From assembly GCA_963748015.1 (NCBI GenBank), contig CAVVHE010000004.1, forward strand, positions 864,001-928,000: DNA of 64,000 nt, given 5' to 3'. The stretch is from Terriglobia bacterium (GTDB taxonomy: Bacteria; Acidobacteriota; Polarisedimenticolia; Polarisedimenticolales; JAIQFR01). The notes under the pieces were generated by a model. That model had not been told where the DNA came from, ran no database searches, and saw only the letters and a list, made by a program, of their open reading frames with translations. The translations under genes were made by a program, and so were the position numbers. Positions 17,539-28,485 of the stretch are shown in pieces; position 1 is the stretch's first letter, and each line of letters starts with the position of its first letter.

Positions 17539-18897
17539 GTGTTCCGGAGGATTCTGGTCGCCAATCGCGGAGAGATCGCGCTGCGGGTGATCCGCGCCGC
17601 GAAGGGGCTCGGAATCGAGGCGGTCGCCGTCTTCTCGGAGGCGGACCGGGGCGCGCCGTGGCTCGCCGAGGCCGACGACGCGGTCTGCGTCGGACCGGCC
17701 CGTGCCGATCGCTCCTACCTCGACGCGGGCGCGATTCTCCAGGCGGCGGAGCAGACCGGCTGCCAGGCGATCCATCCGGGTTACGGCTTCCTCGCCGAGA
17801 ACGCGGTGTTCGCCGCGCGGGCCGAGCAGCAGGGGATCACCTTCATCGGCCCGGGCCCGTCCGCCATGCGCCGGATGGGGGACAAGGTCGAAGCCAAGCG
17901 GACGCTCGGCGCCGCGGGGGTCCCGACGATCCCCGGGAGCGCCGATGTGCTTCCCGGTATCGCGGCGGCGAGAGGCGAGGCGGCGCGGATCGGATACCCC
18001 GTCCTGCTCAAGGCGGCGGCCGGCGGCGGAGGGCGGGGGATGCGCCGCTGCTCGGACGAGCGGGAGCTCGAACGGGGGTTCGGCGAGGCTTCGCTCGAGG
18101 CGGAGAAGGCATTCGGCAACGGGGGGCTCTACCTCGAGAAGTACCTCGAGGGAGGGCGTCACATCGAGTTCCAGGTCCTGTGCGACGCCTTCGGAAACGG
18201 CGTTCACCTCGGCGAGCGCGAGTGCTCGGTCCAGCGCCACCACCAGAAGCTGATCGAGGAGTCGCCGTCCCCCGTCCTGGACGCGGAGACCCGCGCCTCG
18301 CTCGGTACGCGGGTCGCGCGGGCGGTGGCGTCGCTCGGGTACCGGAACGCGGGCACCGTCGAGTTCCTCCGTTCCGGCGACGGCTCGCTGTACTTCATGG
18401 AGATGAACGCGCGCCTTCAGGTCGAGCACCCGGTCACCGAGATGAACACCGGGGTGGATATCGTCGCGGAGCAGATCCGCGTGGCGGCGCTCCACCCGCT
18501 CCGCCTGCGGCAGGAGGACGTCGTCTTCGCGGGCCACGCCATCGAGTTCCGGATCAACGCCGAGGACCCCGCGAACGGCTTCCGCCCCGATCCCGGGACG
18601 ATCGACTCGTTCGAGCCTCCCGCGCTCTCGGGGCCGGGCCTCAGGGTCCGTTGGGATTCGGCCGTGTGCGCGGGATACAGGATCCCGCCGAACTACGACT
18701 CGATCGTCGGCAAGCTGATCGTCCACGCCCCGGACCGGCGGCGCGCGATCGAGGCCGGGAAAACCGCGCTCGCGAGCCTCCGGATCGGCGGGGTGCGGAC
18801 CACGATCCCGCTGCACCTCGCGATCCTCGAGCACCCGGAGTTCGTGCGTGGGGAGTACGACGTGCAGTTCCTCGAGCGCAGCGGGCTCGTGAGCTGA
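17539..18897 (+). CDS. accC: Biotin carboxylase subunit
   Basis: [62 protein letters not shown]. Confidence 0.93.
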   Translation: MFRRILVANRGEIALRVIRAAKGLGIEAVAVFSEADRGAPWLAEADDAVCVGPARADRSYLDAGAILQAAEQTGCQAIHPGYGFLAENAVFAARAEQQGITFIGPGPSAMRRMGDKVEAKRTLGAAGVPTIPGSADVLPGIAAARGEAARIGYPVLLKAAAGGGGRGMRRCSDERELERGFGEASLEAEKAFGNGGLYLEKYLEGGRHIEFQVLCDAFGNGVHLGERECSVQRHHQKLIEESPSPVLDAETRASLGTRVARAVASLGYRNAGTVEFLRSGDGSLYFMEMNARLQVEHPVTEMNTGVDIVAEQIRVAALHPLRLRQEDVVFAGHAIEFRINAEDPANGFRPDPGTIDSFEPPALSGPGLRVRWDSAVCAGYRIPPNYDSIVGKLIVHAPDRRRAIEAGKTALASLRIGGVRTTIPLHLAILEHPEFVRGEYDVQFLERSGLVS

Positions 18898-18910
18898 GGA
18901 GAGCGCGAAC

Positions 18911-20635
18911 GTGGCCAAGGTGATCCTCGAGCCGATCGGCGACCCCCGGGAGCGCTTCCTTCGAGACGACGCCTGGCAATCGCAGCGCGACGCCGCCGAG
19001 GCGCAGGGGAGCGCGCTGCAGGCGAAGCGGGACGAGGTCCGGGCGGGCTGGGGGCCGAAGTACGAGGCCAGGGTCCGCGAGAAGGGGAAGCTGCCGACCT
19101 GGGATCGCGTGGAGCGGCTCAAGGACGCCGACAGTCCGGTCCTCCCGATCGGCACCCTCGTGAACTGGGGGCGGAAGTTCGGGGAGGAAGGGAGGACCTC
19201 GCCGGGCGCAGGGGTGGTGACGGCCTTTGTACGGGTCCACGGGCGGTGGGTGGTGGCCATCGCCAACGACAACACGGTGGCCTCGGGGTCGTGGTGGCCG
19301 CAGACCCCCGAGAAGATCCAGCGCGCGCAGGAGATGGCGCTGCGCCTGCGCCTCCCCGTGGTCTACCTGGTGGACTCGTCGGGGCTGTTCCTGCCGGAGC
19401 AGTCGAGGACCTTCCCGGGGCGCACGGGGGCAGGGGCCATCTTCCGGATGAACTCGCTGCTCTCCGCCGCCGGGGTGCCGCAGATCGCGGGGGTTCACGG
19501 AGACTGCATCGCGGGCGGCGGGTACATGCCGATCATCAGCGACGTGGTCTACATGACCGAGCAGGCGTACATGGTGATCGCGGGCGCCGCGCTGGTGAAG
19601 GGGGGGAAGTCCCAGCAGATCACCTCGCTCTCGATCGGCGGTCCGGACGTGCACGTCCACCTCAGCCGCTGCGCCGACCACCGCGTGCCCGACGACGAGG
19701 TGCTCCTCGACCGGATCCGCGGCGAGGTGGCCAAGCTCCCGGGTCCCGCGTGGGACTACTACCGGTACGGCGCCGACCCTGCGCCGCCCGCGTTTCCGGC
19801 GTCGGAGCTCGAGGGGCTGTTTCCCTCGGACCATCGCATGGGCTACGACATGCGGCAGGTCCTCGCGAGGATCCTCGACCACTCGCTGTTCTGGGAGGTG
19901 CTCCCGGGAGTCGGCCCGGAGATGATCTGCGGGGTGGGGAGGGTCGACGGCCTGTACGCCGGGTTCATCGCGAACAACCCGCTGCTCACCGACCACCCCG
20001 TCCACAGGGACGTGAAGCGTCCCGGCGGCATCCTCTACCGCGAGGGGATCGCCAAGGTGTCGCAGTTCTCCCGCGCCCTCAACGACGACGGCATCCCGAT
20101 CGTGTGGCTCCAGGACATCTCCGGCTTCGACATCGGGCCGGAGGCGGAGCGGCAGGGGCTGCTCGGCTACGGCTCGAGCCTGATCTACACGAACTCGGCC
20201 AACACGGTGCCGATGTTCACGGTGCTGCTCCGGAAGGCCTCCGGCGCGGGGTATTACGCGCTGTCGGGGCTCCCGTACCGGCCGGTCCTGCAGCTCGCGA
20301 CGCCGATGACCCGTCTCGCGGTGATGGAGGGCAAGACCCTCGCCATCGGCGCCTACAACGCCAAGCTCGACGATCACTTCAACATCGTCGCGAAGACGCC
20401 CGAGGAGGCCGAGGAAATTCGTCGCGGTATGGAGGCGGTGGAGGCGCGCATCAACCGGGACATGGACCCCGTCCTGGCCGCTTCGGGGATGGACGTGGAC
20501 GAGATCGTGAGACCTCGGGAGCTTCGCCTGTGGATCGAGGCCGCCGTCGCGATGGCCTACCAGTCCACGGGCTACCGCCGGATCAAGAACCCGCGGATCT
20601 GGTCACTGCACGATCTTTCGGTGCTGGCGGGGTGA
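18911..20635 (+). CDS. Acyl-CoA carboxyltransferase, single-chain beta type
   Basis: [47 protein letters not shown]. Confidence 0.9.
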   Translation: MAKVILEPIGDPRERFLRDDAWQSQRDAAEAQGSALQAKRDEVRAGWGPKYEARVREKGKLPTWDRVERLKDADSPVLPIGTLVNWGRKFGEEGRTSPGAGVVTAFVRVHGRWVVAIANDNTVASGSWWPQTPEKIQRAQEMALRLRLPVVYLVDSSGLFLPEQSRTFPGRTGAGAIFRMNSLLSAAGVPQIAGVHGDCIAGGGYMPIISDVVYMTEQAYMVIAGAALVKGGKSQQITSLSIGGPDVHVHLSRCADHRVPDDEVLLDRIRGEVAKLPGPAWDYYRYGADPAPPAFPASELEGLFPSDHRMGYDMRQVLARILDHSLFWEVLPGVGPEMICGVGRVDGLYAGFIANNPLLTDHPVHRDVKRPGGILYREGIAKVSQFSRALNDDGIPIVWLQDISGFDIGPEAERQGLLGYGSSLIYTNSANTVPMFTVLLRKASGAGYYALSGLPYRPVLQLATPMTRLAVMEGKTLAIGAYNAKLDDHFNIVAKTPEEAEEIRRGMEAVEARINRDMDPVLAASGMDVDEIVRPRELRLWIEAAVAMAYQSTGYRRIKNPRIWSLHDLSVLAG

Positions 20636-20639
20636 CGGG

Positions 20640-21236
20640 ATGAACGAGCCGATCCTCATGGCCAGGGTGGACAGCCCCTCCAGCGGGCGGATCCTCGTGC
20701 TCGCTCCTCTCGTCGGGACGTGGTCCGAGCACCCGCACACCGGGGCGCTCGTCGGGCCCGGGAGCCGGATCGGGTTCCTGTCGCACCTCACGAGACGCTT
20801 CGCGCTCGTCCTGCCCGACGGAGCCGCCGGGAGGATCGCCGTCGGCCTGCCGCGCGACCGGGCGGTGGCGGTCGAGTACGGCCAGGTCCTCTTCGAGCTC
20901 TCGGCGGTCGAGGCGGTCGAGGGGAACGCGCTGTCCGCGGACGCGGGGACGCTCGGGCGGCCCCCGGGAGCCGGGCTGCCGGAAGGAGCGTGGGCCGTGG
21001 TCTCGCCCACCGACGGCGTTTTCTACCGCCGGCCGTCGCCCGCGTCGCCGCCTTTCGTGGAGGAGGGGGCGCGGATCCGGGCCGGGGATCCTATCGGGCT
21101 CGTCGAGGTCATGAAGACCTTCAACCAGATCGCCTATGGCGGCCCCGGGCTCCCGGAAGAAGCGCAGGTCGTAGAGATCCGCCGGAACGACGCCGAGGAG
21201 GTCCGCGCGGGCGACATCCTGCTCGTGGTCCGCTGA
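20640..21236 (+). CDS. Biotin carboxyl carrier protein with an extra degenerate N-terminal biotinyl-like domain
   Basis: C-terminal SPTDGVFYRRPSP..PFV..G...GLVEVMKTFN; N-terminal APLVGTW...VEYGQVLF. Confidence 0.82.
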   Translation: MNEPILMARVDSPSSGRILVLAPLVGTWSEHPHTGALVGPGSRIGFLSHLTRRFALVLPDGAAGRIAVGLPRDRAVAVEYGQVLFELSAVEAVEGNALSADAGTLGRPPGAGLPEGAWAVVSPTDGVFYRRPSPASPPFVEEGARIRAGDPIGLVEVMKTFNQIAYGGPGLPEEAQVVEIRRNDAEEVRAGDILLVVR

Positions 21237-22414
21237 TGGCCGACCGGAAGCGTTACCACGACGATCCGGGACTGAGCCGCCTCGACACCACCGCGATCGA
21301 GACCGGCGGGGAAGGCGACAGGACCTGGGTCCGTCTCGAGGAGACGATCTTCTATCCCGAGGGCGGGGGGCAGCCCGCCGATCGCGGGGCGATCAACGGC
21401 GTCCGCGTCCTCGACGTCCAGTCGCGCGGCGAGCGGATCCTGCACTTCGTCGAGCATCCCGTCCCCGAGGGCCCGGCCCGCCTCGAAATCGACGCCGCTC
21501 TCCGATTCGATCGGATGCAGCAGCACACCGCCCAGCATCTCCTGACCGCCATTCTCCTCGATCGCTACGCTCTCCCGACCACCGCCTTCCACCTCGGTGA
21601 GCGCTACACGGCGATCGAGGTCGCGGGGCCGGTGCCCGCGCCGGAACGGCTGCGCGCGATCGAAGACGAGGCGAACGGAGAGATCCGGCTCGACCGTAGG
21701 GTCGCCGGTCGCTGGGTGGCCCCGGAGGAGCTGGGCGCGCTCCCCGTTCGCAGCCGGGGTCTTCCGGACGGTTTCGCGGGAAGCCTCCGCCTTGTCGAGA
21801 TCGAGGGACTCGATCTCAACACGTGCGGCGGCACGCACGTCGCCCGCCTGGGCGAGATCCAGATGCTACGGATCGTGGACGCCGCCGCGGCGCGCGGCGG
21901 CACGAGGATTTCGTTCCTGGCCGGCGGGCGCGTGCTTCGAGAGCTCCGGGAGAGTGCCGCCGTCGAGGCCGCGCTGAAGTCGAGGATCGGGACCTCGCGT
22001 GAGGAGTTCGCCGGTGTTCTCGACGCCTGGGACGGCGAGCGAAAGCGCATCGACCGCCGGGTGAAGGACCTGGAGCGCGACCTCTCCGCGCGGATCGCCG
22101 CCGAGATGGCGTCCGAGCCCGGCCCGCGGCTCGCGCGGTTCGTCGGCGACGCGGGCCCCGAGTTTCTGCGCGCCCTCGCCGGCGCCGTGGTCGCCCTGCG
22201 TCCCGAGGCGACCGTCGCCCTCGTGGGCGCGGCGCCGGACGGCCGGGAAGCGATCTTCCTCGTCCAGTCCGGACCCGGGGGCGCCGAGGACGTGTCGCCC
22301 ACCGGACGGAAGCTCGCGGAGCTTCTCGGCGCGAGGGGCGGCGGCAAGGGCCGCGCGTTCCAGGGGCGCGGCGGCCGCTGGGGCGGCGACCCTTCGCTTC
22401 TCGGCTCGCTCTAG
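21236..22414 (+). CDS. Alanyl-tRNA editing protein (AlaX family with C-terminal domain)
   Basis: TIFYPEGGGQPADRG, MQQHTAQHLL, CGGTH, C-terminal GARGGGK. Confidence 0.92.
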   Translation: MADRKRYHDDPGLSRLDTTAIETGGEGDRTWVRLEETIFYPEGGGQPADRGAINGVRVLDVQSRGERILHFVEHPVPEGPARLEIDAALRFDRMQQHTAQHLLTAILLDRYALPTTAFHLGERYTAIEVAGPVPAPERLRAIEDEANGEIRLDRRVAGRWVAPEELGALPVRSRGLPDGFAGSLRLVEIEGLDLNTCGGTHVARLGEIQMLRIVDAAAARGGTRISFLAGGRVLRELRESAAVEAALKSRIGTSREEFAGVLDAWDGERKRIDRRVKDLERDLSARIAAEMASEPGPRLARFVGDAGPEFLRALAGAVVALRPEATVALVGAAPDGREAIFLVQSGPGGAEDVSPTGRKLAELLGARGGGKGRAFQGRGGRWGGDPSLLGSL

Positions 22415-22422
22415 TCAGCACG

Positions 22423-22660
22423 GCAGACGCTCGACATTGAAGGCGCCCCGCGCGGCACGCTGCGGCGCTGCGCGGCGCAAGTCGCCGCGCCGCCAAGTTG
22501 CCAGCCCTTGGCCCGGGGCCAAGGACTGGCGACCTCGGCTGGAGGGAAGCTGAGTATTCGACTTACAGCCTCGGTTCCGGTTTTCGCGCGGCCTTCAAGG
22601 GAAGAACCGGCCGCGCGAAAACAGGGCCGCTTCGGGGCGCCTTCAATGTCGAGCGTCTGC
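22423..22660. repeat. Branched palindromic element with perfect 28-bp terminal inverted repeats
   Basis: GCAGACGCTCGACATTGAAGGCGCCCCG (22423-22450) is the exact reverse complement of 22633-22660; several internal hairpins. Confidence 0.9.
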
Positions 22661-22695
22661 ATCGTGGTGGTGGGCCACCGCGGTCGCGGGCGCGC

Positions 22696-23865
22696 TCACG
22701 GCGCAGGCGGACCGACGATGCGGCGGTAGATCTCCGGGTCGGTGGCGCCCTCGGTACCGAAGACGAGGACGGTGCTTCCGCCCGATAGGCCGAGGGCGCT
22801 GAAGATCTCCGGATGGCGCGCCGCCTCGAGGAGGGCGGCGATGCCCGCCGCGCCGGATTCGCCGGCGACGATGGGAGGATCGCCGCCTTCGCCGGCGGCG
22901 AGAGCTCTCATGGCCTCGAGGGCCGCGGCGTCGGGGATCGTGACGAAGTCGGCGCCGCGCGACGCGAGGATCTCCCAGGCGAGGACGGACGGCTCCCCGC
23001 ACGCGAGGCCGCCCATCACGGTGCGGAGGTCGCCGCTCGCGCGGGTGGGCCGGCCGGCGAGGGCGGAGCGGTAGAGGCAGTCGGCGGCGTCGGGCTCGAC
23101 GACGACGACGCGGGAGCGCGCGGGCTCCTCGCTCCCGGCGAGGTCCTCCGCGACCGCCGCGGCGAGGGCGCCGACACCTCCCTGGACGAAGGCGTGCGTG
23201 AAAGGGACGCCCGGCGGCGACTGCTCCCGCGCCTCGGCGAGCATGACGCGATAGCCCTGCATGACGTCCCGGGGGATATCGCGGTACCCCTCGTAGGTCG
23301 TGTCGGAGACGACCACGAATCCACTCGACTCGGCCTCCGCCGCGCAGCGGCGTACCGCTGCGTCGTAGTCGCCCTCGACCACGACGACCCTCGCGCCGAG
23401 GCGGGAGATCGCCTCGCGTCTGGGGGCGCTCACCGAGGCCGGCACGAAGATCACGGCGCGGCACCCGAAAAGGCCGGCGCCCCACGCCACCGAGCGTCCG
23501 TGGTTCCCGTCGGTCGCGGTCGTGACCGTGAGATCGGAAACGGCCTCGCGGTAAGCTCCGGCCAGGAGGTCCTGACGGCGCACGGCGCCTGGATCCGCGA
23601 ACCTCTTCGCGCGACGCTCGACGACCCGGAACACCGCGTACGCCCCTCCGAGAGCCTTGAAGCTCCCCATGCCGAATCGGCAGGCCTCGTCCTTGTAGTG
23701 CAGCCCCGAGAGGCCGAGCCGCCGCGCGAGCGCGGGCAATTCACGGAGCGGCGTGGGTTCGTATCCCGGCCAGGACGTGATCTCCCGACGGGCGGCGAGC
23801 GCCCCGTCGGCGTCGAGAGCGGCGCGCGGGGGGTTCAGCGCCGGATGGATGCGGACGTGACGCAT
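22696..23865 (-). CDS. dpaL: Diaminopropionate ammonia-lyase
   Basis: YEPTPL, KDE..RFGMGSFKALGG, ATDGNHGRSVAW, VSDT.YEGY, QGGVG, GESGAAG, TEGATDP. Confidence 0.92.
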   Translation of the reverse strand: MRHVRIHPALNPPRAALDADGALAARREITSWPGYEPTPLRELPALARRLGLSGLHYKDEACRFGMGSFKALGGAYAVFRVVERRAKRFADPGAVRRQDLLAGAYREAVSDLTVTTATDGNHGRSVAWGAGLFGCRAVIFVPASVSAPRREAISRLGARVVVVEGDYDAAVRRCAAEAESSGFVVVSDTTYEGYRDIPRDVMQGYRVMLAEAREQSPPGVPFTHAFVQGGVGALAAAVAEDLAGSEEPARSRVVVVEPDAADCLYRSALAGRPTRASGDLRTVMGGLACGEPSVLAWEILASRGADFVTIPDAAALEAMRALAAGEGGDPPIVAGESGAAGIAALLEAARHPEIFSALGLSGGSTVLVFGTEGATDPEIYRRIVGPPAP

Positions 23866-23866
23866 C

Positions 23867-25969
23867 TCACCACTCGGAGAGCCGGCGGATCGCCTCCAGG
23901 ATGTCCCCGACCTGCGGGAGGATGAAGTCCTCGAGCTCCGGGGCGTACGCCACGAAGGTGTCGGTCGCCGCGAGGCGCCGGACCGGCGCGTCGAGGTCCG
24001 AGTACAGCTCCTCGCCGATCCTCGCCGCGATCTCCGCGCCGTAACCCCACGAGAGCGAGTCCTCGGTCAGCACGAGGACCTTGCTGGTCTTCCGCACCGA
24101 CGAGGCGATCGCATCCCAGTCGACGGGCGACAGGGAGCGAAGATCGAGTACCTCGACCGAGATGCCGGACTCTTCCGCCTCCCGCGCGGCGGCGACGGCG
24201 CGCGTCACCGTGGCGCCGTACGTGACGACCGTGACGTCGGAACCTTCGCGCGCGACGGACGCCCGCCCGAGGGGGACCATGAAGTCGGGGCCGGGGTACG
24301 CCGCCTTGTTGTGGGTCTGGCGGTAGAGGTGCTTGTGCTCGAGGAAGAGGACGGGGTCGTCGCAGCGTATCGCGGTCCGAAGGAGGCCGTTCGCGTCGAG
24401 GGCATTCGAGGGGCAGACCACGCGAAGCCCGGGATGGGCCGTGAAGAGGGACGCGCCGGTCTGGCTGTGGTAGGTCGCGCCGCCCTTGATGTACCCGCCG
24501 TAGGCGACGCGGATCACGACCGGCGACGCGAACGTGCCGTTCGAGCGCCATCGCATCGTGGCCAGCTCGTCCCGGATCTGCATGTACGCGGGCCAGATGT
24601 AGTCGAAGAACTGGATTTCGACGACGGGCTTCAGCCCCCGGAGCGCCATCCCGATCGCGCGCCCGACGATGTTCGCCTCCGCGAGCGGCGAGTTGAACAC
24701 GCGCTCGGATCCGAATTCGCGCTGCAGGCCCCACGTGACCTTGAAGACGCCTCCCTTCCCCTTGACGCGCGGGAGCGTCTCTTGCCGCGAGGCGTCGGCG
24801 ACGTCCTGGCCGAAGAGCACGATGCGCGGGTCCCGCCGCATCTCGTCGCGGAGGCAGCGGTTGATCAGATCCACCATCGTGGTCGGGGTCCCCTCCGGAG
24901 CCGCCTCGGAGGAGAAGGCGTCCGCGGTCGGGTCCACGTCCTCCGAGTACACGTGCCGGAGCGCGGATTCGGGCTCCGGGCGCGCGGCGGAGAGCGCGTG
25001 ATCCGCCGCCGCATCGACCTCCTCCGAGACCTGCGCCTCGATGGCGTCGAGGACGCCGCGATCCACGATGGACTCCGCGAGGAGAAGCTCGGTGAAGCTG
25101 CGGATCGGCTCGCGCGCCGCCTCCGCGTCCCGCTCCTCGGGGGTCCGGTAGAGGGTCTCGTCGTCGGAGAGGGAGTGGCTCATCGGGCGGATCACGTGAG
25201 CGTGCACCAGGGCCGGCCCTCGCCGGGCCCGGCAGTGCTCCGCTGCCGCGCGCAGGGCGTCGTGCGAGGCCAGGGGGTCGCAGCCGTCCACCTCGCGGAT
25301 GAGGAGGTCCGGGAAGCTCGCGACGAGGCGGCTGATGCTCCCGCCCGGCGTGTTGACCTCGACGGGAACCGAGATCGCGTAGCCGTTGTCCTCGATCAGG
25401 AAGACCACGGGGAGCTTCAGGTTGCTCGCGGTCGAGAGGGCCTCCCAGAACTCCCCCTCGCTCGTGGTGCCGTCCCCCGAAGTGACCAGGACGACCTCGT
25501 CGTCCTCGAACCGAACGTCCGAGGAATCCACCCCCGCGGCGCGGCGCGAGACCTCCGCGCACCCGACCGCCTGGAGGAACTGCGTGCCGGTGGGGGAGGA
25601 GACGCTGGCGATGTGGAGCGGGGCGGACGAGTAGTGCGAGGGCATCTGGCGTCCGCCCGTCTGGGGGCATTCCGAGGAGCCGACGGCCTGGAGGAGCATG
25701 TCGCGCGGGGTCATGCCGAGGGACAGGCAAGCCGCGCGGTCGCGGTAGTAAAAGAAGAACCAATCGCGTCCCGGCCGGAACACGAGGCCGATCGCGGCGC
25801 CGAGCGCTTCGTGTCCGACGCCGTTGATCTGGAAGTAGATCCGGTTCTGCCGCTTGAGCTGGATCTCCTTCTCGTCCACCTTGCGGGACAGGAGCATGGT
25901 GCGGTACACCCCGAGAAGGGCGTTTCGGTCGAGCCCTCTCAAGGTACGTGATTCGGTTTCGGCTCCCAC
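23867..25969 (-). CDS. 2-oxoacid dehydrogenase E1, fused alpha/beta
   Basis: [15 protein letters not shown] motif GDGTTSEG...[42 protein letters not shown] after AGGAG. Confidence 0.93.
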   Translation of the reverse strand: MGAETESRTLRGLDRNALLGVYRTMLLSRKVDEKEIQLKRQNRIYFQINGVGHEALGAAIGLVFRPGRDWFFFYYRDRAACLSLGMTPRDMLLQAVGSSECPQTGGRQMPSHYSSAPLHIASVSSPTGTQFLQAVGCAEVSRRAAGVDSSDVRFEDDEVVLVTSGDGTTSEGEFWEALSTASNLKLPVVFLIEDNGYAISVPVEVNTPGGSISRLVASFPDLLIREVDGCDPLASHDALRAAAEHCRARRGPALVHAHVIRPMSHSLSDDETLYRTPEERDAEAAREPIRSFTELLLAESIVDRGVLDAIEAQVSEEVDAAADHALSAARPEPESALRHVYSEDVDPTADAFSSEAAPEGTPTTMVDLINRCLRDEMRRDPRIVLFGQDVADASRQETLPRVKGKGGVFKVTWGLQREFGSERVFNSPLAEANIVGRAIGMALRGLKPVVEIQFFDYIWPAYMQIRDELATMRWRSNGTFASPVVIRVAYGGYIKGGATYHSQTGASLFTAHPGLRVVCPSNALDANGLLRTAIRCDDPVLFLEHKHLYRQTHNKAAYPGPDFMVPLGRASVAREGSDVTVVTYGATVTRAVAAAREAEESGISVEVLDLRSLSPVDWDAIASSVRKTSKVLVLTEDSLSWGYGAEIAARIGEELYSDLDAPVRRLAATDTFVAYAPELEDFILPQVGDILEAIRRLSEW

Positions 25970-26061
25970 GACACTCTCCTCGGACGCGGGCGTTGCGAAG
26001 GTCGCTGCACGCCGCCCGCCGGACGGAGGACGTCGCCGCCGCGGGCGGTTTCCATGATAGA

Positions 26062-26964
26062 TCATTTTGGTACGGTTTTGGAGGAGCCCACCGCAACCGC
26101 GGGCTCGAGGAGCAGGAGCGAGCCCCCTCCGGAGCCGTAGTTCGTTCGCGCCACCGCGATACGGCCTCCGGCGAGGGCGATCGGGCCGCTGGCGAGCATT
26201 CCCTTGCCGGACGGCACCTGGAACGCTCCGAGACGGGAGCCGTCGTAGACGTCGATGGCGAGGAGCGAGGCGCCACCGTCGGGGACCACGAGCACCATCT
26301 CGATTTCCACCTCGGTCGCGGGGCGGCCGGGGGCCGCCTCGACGGGAAGCTTGCCGTGCCACGCCGCCAGCGGCCGGGATATCCTGTCGTCGAGGTCGAC
26401 CGCCCAGAGCCTGTGGCCGTTCTTCCGGCGAACGCAGTAGACCTGATTGTCGAGCGAGCCGTAGAGCACGCGGCCCCCCATGATGATCGCGGGAGCCAGG
26501 GTCGCGCCGGGCGCGCGCAGGCTCCAGTCGTGCCGGAAGCGCCGGAAGATCAGCCCCTTCTTCTGCGCTTCGACCCTCCCGGCGGGGAGCGTCCGGACGC
26601 GGGATTTCCCGTCGTCCGACAGCACCCAGGCCGACGCGGCATCCGGCGAGGCAGGCTCCTCGCCCTCGAAAAGGAGCGCCGCCTCCTTGGCGAGCTCGAC
26701 CGCCGCGATGCCCCCCTCCACGGGAACCAGGAGCCGCCCGCCGTCGAGCACCGGCTCCTGCCCCGTCGGGGATGCGGGAAGGGGAATCTCGGCAACCACC
26801 TTGAAGACGACCGCCGGCGGCGTCTGCCCCTTTCGCGCGGGAAGGGCCGCAGGGTAGTCGTTCGGCGATTCCGTGGTCGTCGGAATCGACTGGGCCAGCG
26901 CGGCGGATGCCGCGAGGAAGATCGCGGCGACCCACCAGCCCCGACCACCTGAAAGCTGCAGCAT
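26062..26964 (-). CDS. Exported PQQ-like beta-propeller repeat protein
   Basis: Signal peptide; [21 protein letters not shown] repeat; start approximate. Confidence 0.7.
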   Translation of the reverse strand: MLQLSGGRGWWVAAIFLAASAALAQSIPTTTESPNDYPAALPARKGQTPPAVVFKVVAEIPLPASPTGQEPVLDGGRLLVPVEGGIAAVELAKEAALLFEGEEPASPDAASAWVLSDDGKSRVRTLPAGRVEAQKKGLIFRRFRHDWSLRAPGATLAPAIIMGGRVLYGSLDNQVYCVRRKNGHRLWAVDLDDRISRPLAAWHGKLPVEAAPGRPATEVEIEMVLVVPDGGASLLAIDVYDGSRLGAFQVPSGKGMLASGPIALAGGRIAVARTNYGSGGGSLLLLEPAVAVGSSKTVPK

Positions 26965-27148
26965 GCGGCCTCTCCTCGTCGCTTCGCTCCGCGAGAGAGG
27001 CCGATTGTAGCCCGCCTTGCGCCGAGCGCCCCACCTTCCCCGCGGCCCCATCCGCGATTCGCGCTCGGCGCTCCCCGGACCGCCGGCGAGGCGGCGGGGT
27101 TTTCCCCGATCGCGGCTGCCGAGAGAGGGGGCGGCCTCGCGCAACCAT

Positions 27149-27177
27149 TTGCCTATACAGGATTTATGTGCTAAAAG
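27149..27177 (+). promoter_or_regulatory. sigma70-type promoter of hisS-aspS
   Basis: TTGCCT, 17 nt spacer, TAAAAG with extended TG; local AT-rich patch. Confidence 0.5.
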
Positions 27178-27216
27178 CACCGGACTCCCCGGAGGAGCGC
27201 GAGGAAAAGTGTCCCG

Positions 27217-28485
27217 ATGAAGAGCCGCTACCACACGATTCGAGGGACGCGGGATATTCTGCCCGACGAGGTCGGCCGCTGGCAGTTCGTGGAACGGGTA
27301 GCTCGGGACGTTTTCGAGCGTTACGGCTTCCAGGAGGTCCGCACACCGGTCCTCGAGTCCACGGAGTTGTTCGCTCGCTCGGTGGGGGAGTCCACGGACA
27401 TCGTTCGCAAGGAGATGTTCTCCTTCCTGGCCGGCGACGAGAAGGTGACGTTGCGGCCGGAGGCGACGGCGCCGGTGGTGCGGACATTCGTCGAGAACGC
27501 GCTGCACCGGACGGTCGCGGCGGGATTCCCGGAGCGCTACTACTACATCGGCCCGATGTTCCGGTACGAACGGCCCCAGAAGGGACGGCAACGTCAGTTC
27601 CACCAGATCGGCGCGGAGGTCCTCGGAGCGGCGGAGCCGCTGGCGGACGCGGAGACGATCGCGATGCTCTGGACCTTCCTCGACGCCCTCGGCATCGGGG
27701 ACCGCGAGCTGACGATCAACTCCGTGGGCGACGCCGCCTGCCGCCCCGCGTTCCGGAAAGCGCTTCTCGAGTGGCTCGAGCCCCGCAAGGAGCAGCTCTG
27801 CGAGGACTGCCGGCGGCGCGCCGAGGAGAACCCGCTCAGGGTGTTCGATTGCAAGGTGGAGGCCGATCGGAAGCTGATCGAGGACGCTCCGACCGTGCTC
27901 GACCACCTTTGCGGGGAGTGCGAGGCGCACTTCGCGGAGGTGAGGGCGATCCTCGACGACTACGGGATCCCGTACCGCGTGGATCGCCGGATCGTGCGGG
28001 GACTCGACTACTACCAGCGGACGGTGTTCGAGGTGCTCTCGCGGGGCCTCGGATCGCAGAATGCCATCCTCGGCGGGGGGCGCTACGACGGCCTCGTGGA
28101 GGAGATGGGCGGCCCCCCGGTGCCCGGATTCGGCTTCGCGATCGGGATGGAGCGCCTGATCCTGCTCCTCCCGCCCGACCGCGGCAAGGGCTCCGGGGCC
28201 GACGTGCTCCTGGTCTGTCTCGGCTCGGAGGCTTGGCGCGCTTCGATCGGGCTTGCGCGGCGCCTCCGGGGAGCGGGACTTCGCGTCGCGATGCCCCTCG
28301 TGGAGCGGCCGATGGGGGCGCAGCTCAAGCGCGCCGAGCGAGTGCGCGCGCGCTATGCCCTCTTCGTGGGCGAGGGGGAGCTCGCCGCGGGGCGATACGG
28401 GCTCAAGGACCTCGCGAGCGGCGAGCAGGTCACCGTGGACGAGCCGGGCCTTCTGGCCCGGCTGGGAGGGACCGATGGGAAATGA
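27217..28485 (+). CDS. hisS: Histidyl-tRNA synthetase
   Basis: RGTRD, LRPEAT, FRYERPQKGRQRQFHQ, VRGLDYY, GGGRYD, GFAIGMER. Confidence 0.98.
   Translation: MKSRYHTIRGTRDILPDEVGRWQFVERVARDVFERYGFQEVRTPVLESTELFARSVGESTDIVRKEMFSFLAGDEKVTLRPEATAPVVRTFVENALHRTVAAGFPERYYYIGPMFRYERPQKGRQRQFHQIGAEVLGAAEPLADAETIAMLWTFLDALGIGDRELTINSVGDAACRPAFRKALLEWLEPRKEQLCEDCRRRAEENPLRVFDCKVEADRKLIEDAPTVLDHLCGECEAHFAEVRAILDDYGIPYRVDRRIVRGLDYYQRTVFEVLSRGLGSQNAILGGGRYDGLVEEMGGPPVPGFGFAIGMERLILLLPPDRGKGSGADVLLVCLGSEAWRASIGLARRLRGAGLRVAMPLVERPMGAQLKRAERVRARYALFVGEGELAAGRYGLKDLASGEQVTVDEPGLLARLGGTDGK

Noticed and set aside
22411..22788. Short ORFs (73-96 aa) inside the palindromic element
   Set aside because: No RBS or motifs; the repeated peptide GAxSMSSVC merely reflects the inverted repeat
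23867..27148. Apparent 1093-aa E1 with a long N-terminal extension
   Set aside because: Extension is Arg/Gly/Pro-rich off-frame read-through over another gene; RBS and GTG at 25969 mark the real start
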